This document shows, piece after piece, positions 50,076 through 58,597 of a stretch of DNA of 64,000 nucleotides. The notes under the pieces were generated by a model. It saw only the letters and a list, made by a program, of their open reading frames with translations. It did not search any database and was not told the DNA's origin. Origin of the DNA: Ilumatobacteraceae bacterium (GTDB lineage: Bacteria; Actinomycetota; Acidimicrobiia; Acidimicrobiales; Ilumatobacteraceae); contig CAWDUI010000012.1 in assembly GCA_963805445.1 (NCBI GenBank), positions 391,454-455,453 on the forward strand. Reading direction: 5' to 3'. The position numbers and the translations under genes were made by a program. The first letter of the stretch is position 1. The number at the start of each line of letters is the position of its first letter.

Positions 50076-50098
50076 ACGCCGATCGGCAGTTATGGCGC
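50076..50098 (-). repeat. island dispersed repeat, copy 2
   Basis: The minus strand reads GCGCCATAA-CTGCCGATC-GGCGT. Confidence 0.75.
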
Positions 50099-50134
50099 GA
50101 CGCTCGGCTGCACCCCGGGGCTACGTTTGCGCGA

Positions 50135-50476
50135 GTGGATGCCGCCAGATTCGCACGAACCGCGACAGCTCTAGCAACGTGCGCCCCGGGCGTCGATGTT
50201 CAGCGACTTGACATTGATGCCATCTCTGGTGTCGTGACGGTGTGGACTCGACATCCTGGAATGCTCATCGGCCGTCATGGAAGCACCGCCGATTCGATTC
50301 GCCACGCAATCGGTGATGCACTCGGTCTCGAGTCTCTCAAGCTCAACATTCTCGAGGTTCAACCTGACACGCCACCGGACGAGCCGGGGACGGGCGTCCG
50401 GGAGCCGCGACGGCAACCGCCGTCCGCGCCATCAGACCGCCAGCATGTCGACATCACGGACGTTGGCGCAGGCTGA
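50135..50476 (+). CDS. KH (type II, ribosomal-protein-S3-N-terminal-like) domain protein
   Basis: VDVQRLDIDAISGVVTVWTRHPGMLIGRHGSTADSIRHAIGDALGLESLKLNILEV matches the S3 KH pattern (..TARPGiiIGkkG....l). The start codon is uncertain (GTG 50135). Confidence 0.5.
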   Translation: MDAARFARTATALATCAPGVDVQRLDIDAISGVVTVWTRHPGMLIGRHGSTADSIRHAIGDALGLESLKLNILEVQPDTPPDEPGTGVREPRRQPPSAPSDRQHVDITDVGAG

Positions 50477-50493
50477 TCGCTGGCTCGAACACA

Positions 50494-50516
50494 GCGCGGA
50501 TCGGCAGAGCTGCGCT
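50494..50516 (-). repeat. island dispersed repeat, copy 3 (variant 5' flank)
   Basis: The minus strand reads AGCGCAGCT-CTGCCGATC-CGCGC. It lies 22 nt after the KH-gene stop. Confidence 0.7.
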
Positions 50517-50776
50517 GGTGCAGTCAGGCGACGTGCTCGTGTCCGCAGCCGTGACAGAACTTGCCGAGCGCTCACTGCCACACGCGATTGGTGTTGCAAT
50601 GGGTGCATCGCAATGTGGCCTGCAGTATGGCATGACAACTCGTACAACAGTCTGCAAATCGCGCCTTGCTCGCAACCCGTGTTAGCGGCGCACCGCACAG
50701 AGGGCAGCGCTCAGGTCTGCGGCGATCTTCACGAGACAACACCCGTCAAGGTTGCCACGCTGCAAGATCAGAGCAA

Positions 50777-50799
50777 GCGCGGATCGGCAGTTATGTGCC
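50777..50799 (-). repeat. island dispersed repeat, copy 4
   Basis: The minus strand reads GGCACATAA-CTGCCGATC-CGCGC. The TAA is the stop of ORF 50791..51144. Confidence 0.75.
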
Positions 50800-51144
50800 G
50801 GGTCGTCGCTGCCGGAATCTGGGCGAGCCGCGTGCGATCCAGTCTTCGCGATACGCCCGGAACGAGACCGGGTCGGCGGTGCCTGGATTGTCATCGTTGC
50901 CAAACTCGAAGCCACAACACGGACACACCTCGTACGAAGGTCGACCGAGCAGATCCTCGTAAGGCGGCGTCAGCACATCCACATCAGGTGGTGGCCAATG
51001 CTCATACGGACGAGAGGTCAGCTCGTCCGAACCACAGACGGGACACGTGATCACGAAAGAAGTCTCGCTCACCGAGGCACGCGAGATCGGCAGCTCTGCG
51101 CTATCCCTTCGACGCGGCGAGCGCCCGATCGAATTCATCCGCAA
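50791..51144 (-). CDS. small zinc-ribbon-like protein
   Basis: Two CxxC pairs are present (ITCPVCGSDE ... VCPCCGFEFG). Its TAA stop is part of a dispersed-repeat copy. The start is uncertain. Confidence 0.4.
   Translation of the reverse strand: MRMNSIGRSPRRRDSAELPISRASVSETSFVITCPVCGSDELTSRPYEHWPPPDVDVLTPPYEDLLGRPSYEVCPCCGFEFGNDDNPGTADPVSFRAYREDWIARGSPRFRQRRPGT
51080..51102 (-). repeat. island dispersed repeat, copy 5 (variant 5' flank)
   Basis: The minus strand reads AGCGCAGAG-CTGCCGATC-TCGCG. It lies 7 nt after the lipoprotein TAG stop. Confidence 0.7.
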
Positions 51145-51814
51145 TCGTGACGGTCACATCCAGTGGCGTTCCCTTGAAGCCCATTACGAAGCCAACGCCA
51201 CCGTCAGCTTGCGGCACGGTGACGACGCGAACGTCGTCATATCCGGCCCCGTCGTCACCGGTGGGGTCGACGAAGGCAATACGACCCGATGTCAGCGACA
51301 CCCGCGCCTCATCTGAATCGTTCGTCACGTTGCGGTGCGGCAGCGGTTCAGAAGTCAGGGCAATGACGAAGTCCTCGTCACCATGGACGCCAGCGCCGGA
51401 CTGAGGCGGCGTGCCGAAGTACATCTCGCAGCCGACCTTGTTGTCCGTACCATCGTCGCGTCCGAGCGCCTTTGCGGCGGCAGGGACGTACGGACCGAGG
51501 GCCATCTGGGCGACGATGTCGTACAAGCGAGTGCAATGCTCATCGAGGTCGGAATTGATCTGCTCGTTGCTTGGCATTGGTGATGGACCCGTCAGCAGAA
51601 GGGTCACCACGGTCAGCTGGGCTGACGCGGTTGTGGATGTTGTTGTGTCCGGATTGGAGGCAACCGTCGTCAGCGGAACCGCAGGCTCGGCCTCGGTGGC
51701 CGCCGTGTTCGCAGAGGACGTCGCCGACGCCGCCAACTGCGACGAGGGGTTGCCTTCGGAGCTGCATGCAGCCATCGCGACGGCGACCAACGCCGCGCAC
51801 CACGAAACTCGCAT
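51101..51814 (-). CDS. lipoprotein of unknown function
   Basis: ATG 51814 begins MRVSWCAALVAVAMAACSSEG (lipobox AMAAC), followed by a Ser/Thr/Ala-rich linker. Confidence 0.6.
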   Translation of the reverse strand: MRVSWCAALVAVAMAACSSEGNPSSQLAASATSSANTAATEAEPAVPLTTVASNPDTTTSTTASAQLTVVTLLLTGPSPMPSNEQINSDLDEHCTRLYDIVAQMALGPYVPAAAKALGRDDGTDNKVGCEMYFGTPPQSGAGVHGDEDFVIALTSEPLPHRNVTNDSDEARVSLTSGRIAFVDPTGDDGAGYDDVRVVTVPQADGGVGFVMGFKGTPLDVTVTIADEFDRALAASKG

Positions 51815-51912
51815 GGCCAATGATCGCCGACCCTGGACCACCACGCAATGCCCACGATGCCCGACGCGTTGGACCGCCGTGTCCCGACAGTCGCCCGCCC
51901 CGAAAGCCCGAT

Positions 51913-52581
51913 ATGGAGCGGCCGCGCCAGTCCTTGAGGCTGCGACAGGTCGTGTTCGGAGCGTGCGACGATGGTGCTGTGAAACGCTCGACCGCTGTCA
52001 ACCGCCTGAATGGCATCGCCGACGATCTCGACCGCTCGAAGCTTTGGCATGGGTCGAGCGTCGTTGCCGGCTACGTATTCGGGGGCATGCTGGATGAAGC
52101 CGGCGATGTCGAGCGAATCCAGATCGCGCTTGTTGTCGACGAACCTGTCGAGGATGTGCCGTGGATGAGTCACCCGGTACATCTCGAGGCGCTTGCTTCC
52201 TTGCTGCGTTTCGACAAGTTGCCGATGTTGTGGCAGTGGCGTCCGAGCGGGTGGCCAGTGTGGAACCACGAGATCATTCGAGCCGTCTCGTTCTGGTCGA
52301 CGACGTCAGGTCGAGACCAAGCCGTGATCGACGCGCTCGCTTCGGGCCACCTGGACCTCGTGCAGTTCGTTGGACCTATGGACTCCGAAGAGCTCGTTGC
52401 ACAGTTGCAGACGGAGCGCGATGTCGCCCGACGTCACCTCGCGGACGCGGTGGCTGGCTTTCATGAGCGTGAGTGGCGCGGTGAGCATAAAGGAGGTGGC
52501 GCCTATCCCGGAGATCATCTGTGGTCGGCCGCCGCAGGATTCCTCGATCTCGACAACGCGGTCGAGCGACTCAACCCCTGA
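51913..52581 (+). CDS. hypothetical protein
   Basis: The GC3-rich part of ORF 51571..52581 lies downstream of the lipoprotein gene (...LWHGSSVVAGYVFGGMLDEAGDVERIQIALVVDEP...). The start is uncertain. Confidence 0.45.
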   Translation: MERPRQSLRLRQVVFGACDDGAVKRSTAVNRLNGIADDLDRSKLWHGSSVVAGYVFGGMLDEAGDVERIQIALVVDEPVEDVPWMSHPVHLEALASLLRFDKLPMLWQWRPSGWPVWNHEIIRAVSFWSTTSGRDQAVIDALASGHLDLVQFVGPMDSEELVAQLQTERDVARRHLADAVAGFHEREWRGEHKGGGAYPGDHLWSAAAGFLDLDNAVERLNP

Positions 52582-52797
52582 GGGCCTTGCCAACCCGCTC
52601 CATAACGGGCAATATGCGCTGCTTAGGACGTGACCGATTGCTGGCTGCAATGTCGTCGGTGCTTGCATCGACGGATGCGTATGGCGACCTCCAAGTAGCC
52701 GATTTCGCGTTCCAGCAATCGAGGAAGTTCGGTCGAGATCGTCACCGGCAACATCGCAATCTCCGTATCGGCCGACTGGCTCGAAGGCGAACTCGAC

Positions 52798-53016
52798 GTG
52801 TCGGTCCGCGCTCTGGACCACGCGATGAACCTCGCTTCAATCGTTGACACGTCACAGATGAAAGGTCTGTCGCTGTCCCGCCTCGGTAAGAGCGTCACAG
52901 CGGACATGTTGTCGCGGCGGTTGACCCAAGTGCTCGACCTACTGGAGAAGCAACTCCCGGGACTGCTGCAAGGCCACGCCGCAGCCGAGGCAGCGCTGCG
53001 AGCGTTGGGTACATAA
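52798..53016 (+). CDS. small hypothetical protein (72 aa)
   Basis: The ORF ends ...GT-TAA inside a dispersed-repeat copy, the same GT* context as ORF 50791..51144. A competing antisense ORF (52623..52907) exists. Confidence 0.3.
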   Translation: MSVRALDHAMNLASIVDTSQMKGLSLSRLGKSVTADMLSRRLTQVLDLLEKQLPGLLQGHAAAEAALRALGT

Positions 53017-53030
53017 CTGCCGCTCGGCGC
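53008..53030 (+). repeat. island dispersed repeat, copy 6 (core has one mismatch, CTGCCGCTC)
   Basis: The sequence is GGTACATAA-CTGCCGCTC-GGCGC. The TAA is the stop of ORF 52798..53016. Confidence 0.65.
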
Positions 53031-53487
53031 TACCCGTCGTGACCCCGATCGTGCTGCTAACCCTCTCCACTGGGGCTGCGAGTTAGCTATGGCATGCCTG
53101 CCGACAAATTGCGGGTTGACGTCCGGGTCGCCGGATGGGTGCCAATCTGCACGGATCTATTGTTCCGACCGTGGAGCGGCCGACGTCGTCAATCGGGAAG
53201 CGACCAGCGGACGACTGGAGATTGAACAAGCGGTTCACGGATGCTCGTTGCGAGTTGGGGTCGCACTGGTGGGTGCCACGATCGGCTTTCTACTGGCCCC
53301 ATTCGTGCACGAAGGATGGACCAACTGTGCCCGATCGTTTCTTGAATGCGGGCGAAGCTGCGTTGCGCCTTGATCTACCAGTGATCGGACGCCTTTGGAA
53401 TCGCAAGCAATGAGCTGTCGTTCGGATGCAGCTCCACGACCATCTCGTTTGGAAACTAGAGCCAGATCCACGGTCAGTCCTGTGACC

Positions 53488-53510
53488 AGTGCATAACTGC
53501 CGATCGGCGC
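53488..53510 (+). repeat. island dispersed repeat, copy 7
   Basis: The sequence is AGTGCATAA-CTGCCGATC-GGCGC. Confidence 0.75.
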
Positions 53511-54186
53511 CCGAAGCAGACGACCGGTCGGTGCCAGGTCATTGGGAAGGCCGACTTGCTGGTTGGCAAGGCGTGGCATTGCGGTATCGCGACCTGGGTT
53601 GGACTCGGAGTGTTCGCCGTTTTCACTCCGATGAGTTGGGTGCGATGAACCGTCTCCGCCAATTAGGGCACTCGTTGTCGACGCACTCTGTAGGGGCCGG
53701 CGCGATGTCGCTCGTAGCAGATCACAACTTGTGCCGTCCACGTTCGTCATCACTACGCCTCGCACTCATTAACCTGGGTGTTATCGGGGCACGTCAGCGC
53801 TCGTTCGATGCGTAAGGAGTCGCGGCAGGGTCGGCGTAGTTGCAGGCCACCCCGATGGCCGTAGCGTCTGGCGGCTCAGTGGTCTGTGTCGATACCACAC
53901 GATGCCGGACGGCGCGGTTGACGCAACGAGACCGCCGTCGGCGCGGCCGACCGCTCGAAGCACGATGAGACAAGACCAAATGGAGACGACATGTCGTGGC
54001 CGCTGGGACCAGGAATCGTCACCGTCGCGACACGAAATGGTCCGATAGCCGAACCGAGCGAGTCAGCGGCACGTCGTCAGCTGGACCGATCACAACAACC
54101 AGTATCCCGACGATGCGTTGTGCACGCATGCACAAGCACTCGATGACGCGTTGAATCATCCCTGAGCCCACGGGCAATCTGCGCTA

Positions 54187-54465
54187 GTGGCAACGCTTGA
54201 CGACCTGTGGGGTTCGACCGTGCGTTCAATGGGGTTTGATCCGACGGCGCGTGTTGTGACCCTCATCGCCCGGGTGACTGATGCCGGGGTTACGACACCG
54301 TTCATGCTGCGACTGTGCGGTGTCTCTGAACTGCGAGTTGAACGCCCTGACGGCGAATCGTGGGACTACACAGAGATCACTGAGGCGCATGCGGCGGACG
54401 ACATCGCTACGAAAGCCACAGCGGATCGTTGTGAAATTGGTGTCTGCACAAGTCAGGTTCCCTGA
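54187..54465 (+). CDS. small hypothetical protein, possibly continuing in another frame
   Basis: The product is MATLDDLWGSTVRSMGFDPTARVVTLIARVTDAGVTTPFMLRLCGVSELRVERPDGESWDYTEITEA... A sensible continuation IVVKLVSAQVRFPDRTEWLVDPEYRTVADLPLISLWSV lies in the +1 frame. Confidence 0.4.
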   Translation: MATLDDLWGSTVRSMGFDPTARVVTLIARVTDAGVTTPFMLRLCGVSELRVERPDGESWDYTEITEAHAADDIATKATADRCEIGVCTSQVP

Positions 54466-54537
54466 CCGCACCGAGTGGCTCGTCGACCCTGAGTATCGAA
54501 CAGTCGCCGATCTGCCGTTGATTTCACTGTGGTCCGT

Positions 54538-54560
54538 AGCACATTACTGCCGATCGGTGC
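54538..54560 (+). repeat. island dispersed repeat, copy 8
   Basis: The sequence is AGCACATTA-CTGCCGATC-GGTGC. Confidence 0.75.
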
Positions 54561-54773
54561 AACCTAGGCGTCGTGCTCGTCCATCTCGTCAGCAAGACGT
54601 AGCTAACCTGACGATCAACACGCACTCAACGGGGTGCAACGGGGTTCACCAACTGGGCGATGACCTCACCATGATCGCCGACCACTCGGCGTCGATGAAG
54701 GTGCAACCCGCCGGGCCTGTTGATGCGTCGAAGTGCGAGGGCATCTCACATGATCCACGTAGTGCGGCGTGAT

Positions 54774-54796
54774 CGCACAGAACTGCCGATCGGTGT
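54774..54796 (+). repeat. island dispersed repeat, copy 9
   Basis: The sequence is CGCACAGAA-CTGCCGATC-GGTGT. It starts 2 nt after the TGA of ORF 54281..54772. Confidence 0.75.
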
Positions 54797-54965
54797 TAGT
54801 CGACCTGTCGTGGTGGTGCGGGCTGCCCGACGATCAGCCGCCCGGCACGTCAGCCGTTCGCGTGGATCTAGCGGTCGACGGGCCGCCAGTGGCGTGTCGA
54901 GCAGGGCGTCGCGACCGAGCGAGGCGTTCCCCTCGCCTGGTAGCCGAGGGCGACGACGCTCGGAG

Positions 54966-56228
54966 TCACCGCTCGGTGTCTGCCGGCTGCCGGTAGTCGA
55001 TCGGCCAGAAGTAGGGCACAGGCTCGGTCATGATGGACTCGAGGCGGGTACGCAGATTCGTCGTGAGCCAGCCGCGCTTCTCCATTCCCAGGAGCCCGAC
55101 ACGAGAGAGCAGCGTTCGGGGATACTCGTCGCGGCGTGCGTAAATGCGCTCCGACAGGTAGTCCCGCAGTGCGTAGAAGGCTTGGAGCGCGTCGTCGGCC
55201 TCGCGGCGCGCCGGTTCGTAACCGGCGTGCACGACGAGGTTGCGGAGCAGGTAGAGGCAACGCCAGTAGGTTCCAACGACGGTGTCGATGGCTGTGACGT
55301 CCCACGTCCCGCCGACGAGGCTTGGCATCGTGGTGGTGACAACGGACTTGAGCCTGAGTTCGCCGCCCGTCGCCGCCTCGATCTCCGCCGCGGTGCGGCC
55401 GAGGTCTGTCAGCAGCATTCGCCACACATCGAACAGCAACATCTCTGTGGCTGTCTGGAGGTTGACGACGCACTCCGCCGTGTCACCGCGACGCTGCAGT
55501 GCCCGCTCGGCGCGCTGCCACCAGTCCATGGCGCCCAGGAACGGATGGCCATCCGCCATCGCGCTCATGGCCCACCTGAACCGTTCGTCGGGCTCGATCG
55601 GGTCGACCTTGAACGGCGGGAGATTCTCTGGATGCATGAGCATCGGCATGTCGAAGGTCCACTCGCGACCGGGCCTCAGGGTCCCCACGGCCATCACGAA
55701 GCTCAGATCATTGGGTGTGACGGGTCGCGCCGGCGAGCTCGGATAGGACATCGCAAAGCCCCGAAGGAAGACATTGAGGAAGTACAGCGATCGATGAAAG
55801 GCGAACCCCTTGTCATCCGCGTCGTCACCTACAAGCCGACGACTAGGGGTTTCCATCGTGACCCATTGCTCAATGGGGTCCTCGTTCTCGCCCCACTTCG
55901 GCACGGAGTCTCCGGCTATGTCGATCTCGACGCCGTAGAACGTTCGGAGGGCCTGCTTGAGAAGCGGCGGCCACACGACCATCCCGGAAGTGGGCGCGTT
56001 CCAGAAGCGAAGCCGCACGAAGGGCGGAGAATCATCGGCGGCCGGGACTTCATAGGCTTGTCTGACCCAGATGTCAAATGTCCCCTCGGACACCACGCCA
56101 ATAGGGAACGGCAGACGGCACGTGAAAGTGCTGCAGGTCTGTTCTGCGTCGCCGGGGTCAGGGACTCGGTACGGCGTACCACCACGGTCGGACAGCGTCC
56201 GCGGCGTTTCGCTGGGCTCAGCCACCAT
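54966..56228 (-). CDS. 420-aa protein with a C-terminal HEPN-like R-N-x-x-x-H motif
   Basis: ATG 56228 begins MVAEPSETPRTL... The motif YLLRNLVVHAGYEP is encoded at 55227-55244. The N-terminal two thirds are not recognised. Confidence 0.6.
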   Translation of the reverse strand: MVAEPSETPRTLSDRGGTPYRVPDPGDAEQTCSTFTCRLPFPIGVVSEGTFDIWVRQAYEVPAADDSPPFVRLRFWNAPTSGMVVWPPLLKQALRTFYGVEIDIAGDSVPKWGENEDPIEQWVTMETPSRRLVGDDADDKGFAFHRSLYFLNVFLRGFAMSYPSSPARPVTPNDLSFVMAVGTLRPGREWTFDMPMLMHPENLPPFKVDPIEPDERFRWAMSAMADGHPFLGAMDWWQRAERALQRRGDTAECVVNLQTATEMLLFDVWRMLLTDLGRTAAEIEAATGGELRLKSVVTTTMPSLVGGTWDVTAIDTVVGTYWRCLYLLRNLVVHAGYEPARREADDALQAFYALRDYLSERIYARRDEYPRTLLSRVGLLGMEKRGWLTTNLRTRLESIMTEPVPYFWPIDYRQPADTER

Positions 56229-56487
56229 CGATTCAGCGTAGAGGAATCTCGTCTTGCGACACCTCAGTGGCTGAGTTTGGTTGGTGGTTCTACAAAGGTG
56301 GGAAGAACCGTCGGCCCGCACCGATCTGCCGTTCTCGCGTCTGTCCGTGAGCGCAGCAACGTGAGCACACCTGTGGTTACACGGGTGACCTCCGATCACC
56401 GGAATAACAAGTGCGATTACCGGAATAACCGCGTTCGGTGCGAATGACGGTGCTTGCGCTGACGCGCCGCAACGGGCAACATGCGCC

Positions 56488-56826
56488 GTGATGGCGGTTC
56501 CGATGCTTCGTGCGCTGACCGAGTCCGGAGCAACCTGGGACGACCCATCCGAGGATCTGCTGTTCGAACTTCTGACGGACGTTGAGCGTGGTGACGAGAC
56601 GTGGTTCATCGTAGAGCGTGTCTCGGACGCGACCGGGCAGACCTACATCCAGGTCATTCAGGATGGTCACGGCGGGTGGACCTTGGAGCGTCGTGAGGGA
56701 GGGCCGGATAGGCACTTTGGCGCAACACGCGCCGATCTTCGGCTCGCCCATGAGACGATGACCGCCTGGGCCTTCGAACTGCCATTGGTTCCGCCTCTCG
56801 GCGAGTGGGCGACCATCACGACTTAG
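56488..56826 (+). CDS. hypothetical protein (112 aa)
   Basis: A GC3-rich ORF, ...ATWDDPSEDLLFELLTDVERGDETWFIVERVSDATGQTYIQVIQDGHGGWTLERREGG... Confidence 0.5.
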   Translation: MMAVPMLRALTESGATWDDPSEDLLFELLTDVERGDETWFIVERVSDATGQTYIQVIQDGHGGWTLERREGGPDRHFGATRADLRLAHETMTAWAFELPLVPPLGEWATITT

Positions 56827-57054
56827 ACCACCGCCCAGATCTCGTCTGAGTGCTGCTCAGCTCTCAGCAGCGATCGCATGTCAGCACCCACACCACCCCA
56901 GCCCTCTCACCGACGTTGTGCTCACCCCGCTCCACCAAGATCACTCCTCGCACGTGCGTTTACTATTTCCATCTCTACTGCACATCTGCACCAATGGTGC
57001 CCGAACACGTCCACAGTCGGCCGCGAGCGCCACGTCATCGGGCAAGCTGGTTGA

Positions 57055-57630
57055 GTGCTACCGACTGAGTCGTTGATCCTGATCGGTCCCGCTGGCTCGG
57101 GGAAGTCGACAGTCGGCCGGTTGCTCGCAACGGCTCTCGGGCGCCCCTTTGCTGACCTCGACGAAGTCGGCGAAGCCTTCTACGACGAAGTCGGTCAACC
57201 ATTGAGCGCTTTCATCGCCGAGATCGCTGATCGAGGATTCGTTGAGGCGCACCGATGGTGGCAGCCAGCTCGTGTTCATGCTGCAGGTCGAGTGCTCGCT
57301 GAGAATCCTGGTGCGGTGATTGCGTTCGGCGCAGGCCATTCGCACTACGAGGATCGCCACTTCTTCGAATCCCTTCGCGACCTCATGGACGACTCGTTGG
57401 TCGTGCTGTTGCTGCCCGATGCGAACCAAGACGTTGCGCTGGAGGCGCTGCGAGAGCGCTGCCTCGCGGACAAGGGACATGACTGGGTTCGGGATGGAAC
57501 AGATCTTCTCGAGGTGTGGGTGGCAAGCGAACAGAACCGCGCTCTCGCCGATGTAGTCATCTACTCGACCAGGCAAGGACCAGCAGACGTCGCGCTGTCG
57601 ATCGTCGGATGGCTGAATGATCGCTCGTAG
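57055..57630 (+). CDS. P-loop kinase-like (shikimate/gluconate-kinase-type AAA) protein
   Basis: Walker A is LILIGPAGSGKSTVGRLLA, followed by ...FADLDE. Confidence 0.65.
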   Translation: MLPTESLILIGPAGSGKSTVGRLLATALGRPFADLDEVGEAFYDEVGQPLSAFIAEIADRGFVEAHRWWQPARVHAAGRVLAENPGAVIAFGAGHSHYEDRHFFESLRDLMDDSLVVLLLPDANQDVALEALRERCLADKGHDWVRDGTDLLEVWVASEQNRALADVVIYSTRQGPADVALSIVGWLNDRS

Positions 57631-57856
57631 CGCCTCTCCTCGATTGCTCGAGAACCGGGTAGCAATCCGGGCAGCTCAGCGGGATTGCACGTCACACGAC
57701 CCGCAGAGCCCAACACGAATCGACCGAACTGAATCCCCTCTTTGACCGGGGGGTCGGGTAGATATCCGGGAGGTGCGTCGCGGACAATTTCGATGTACAC
57801 GAACCCGGGGTGCAGATGTGTGAGTGCGTTGATGGATAAACGAACGTGCGAAAATT

Positions 57857-58195
57857 GTGCGAATGGCTGAGAACCGTCCCGGTCGGCCGCGCAAGTGGGC
57901 TTCCAACGCTGAGCGGATGCGCGCCTACCGTGCCGTCGAGCGAGATCGCCGTGAAGCTCTTCGCGGACAGCACGACATCTCGGAGATGGCTGAACGCGTC
58001 GTTACGGTCACGGCCGAGCGAGATCGGCTGTGGCAACAGGTCGTGCGCCTCCAACAGCGCATCGCGCAACTCGAGAACGCGCTCGCCGGCCATCCGATGG
58101 ATGCTGCTACTTCCACATCCGCTCCGGTTGCGCCCGTCGGATTGTCACGGGCCGAACGCCGACGGCTCGAACGCGAGCAACAGCGCCGCCGCTGA
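57857..58195 (+). CDS. hypothetical basic coiled-coil protein with AT-hook-like GRPRK
   Basis: The product runs MRMAENRPGRPRKWASNAERMRAYR...LWQQVVRLQQRIAQLENAL...RRRLEREQQRRR. Confidence 0.45.
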   Translation: MRMAENRPGRPRKWASNAERMRAYRAVERDRREALRGQHDISEMAERVVTVTAERDRLWQQVVRLQQRIAQLENALAGHPMDAATSTSAPVAPVGLSRAERRRLEREQQRRR

Positions 58196-58324
58196 CGGAC
58201 CGCTTGCGGCCGCGCCGCACGGATCCCCGGACCCGGCCGGGCAGTTCGGTTCACGTCGGCAGCGTCGATCCGGGTAGTGATCCGGGTGGTGATCCGTGAC
58301 GTCACAGCCTCACGCTCAATCCCC

Positions 58325-58564
58325 ATGACTACCGATATCGCCCCAACATCAACCGCGACCGTCCACGAGTTGCCTGTCCTTCTCACGATCGAGGATGTTG
58401 CCGCGCATCTGGGCGTGACCGTTCGGCACGTCCGACGGCTCGTCGCTGAAAGACGAATCCCGTTCATCAAGTGGGGCCACCTTCTGCGGTTTGATCCACG
58501 TCAGATCGCCGAGTGGCTGGCGTCGCGGCGAGTGCCCGCCACGAACCGACCACCTGCCTCCTGA
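58325..58564 (+). CDS. xis: excisionase-type helix-turn-helix DNA-binding protein
   Basis: The sequence LLTIEDVAAHLGVTVRHVRRLVAERRIPFIKWGHLLRFDPRQIAEWL is the typical Xis/MerR-like HTH_17 pattern. Confidence 0.7.
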   Translation: MTTDIAPTSTATVHELPVLLTIEDVAAHLGVTVRHVRRLVAERRIPFIKWGHLLRFDPRQIAEWLASRRVPATNRPPAS

Positions 58565-58597
58565 CACGAACCGTTGGCGACGGTCTTCGACTGCGGC

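Noticed and set aside
52306-52907. The minus-strand ORFs 52306..52821 and 52623..52907 in the island.
   Set aside because: The first is a shadow of the plus-strand ORF 51913..52581. The second competes with 52798..53016, and neither could be resolved from sequence alone, so only the repeat-terminated plus-strand ORF is listed, at low confidence.
49506-54796. The dispersed repeats considered as integron attC sites (GCATAAC/GTTATGC resembles the RYYYAAC/GTTRRRY core).
   Set aside because: The match to the core consensus is imperfect and there is no 60-120 bp imperfect-palindrome attC structure. The only recombinase is a tRNA-targeting phage-type integrase with no obvious IntI features, and no attI or Pc context is present. 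The repeats are kept as an unexplained repeat family instead.
54507-56333. The 13-mer CCGATCTGCCGTT present at 54507 and 56321, considered as a variant of the island repeat.
   Set aside because: A single shared 13-mer pair is within chance expectation for a 64-kb GC-rich window. Its flanks do not match the repeat consensus.
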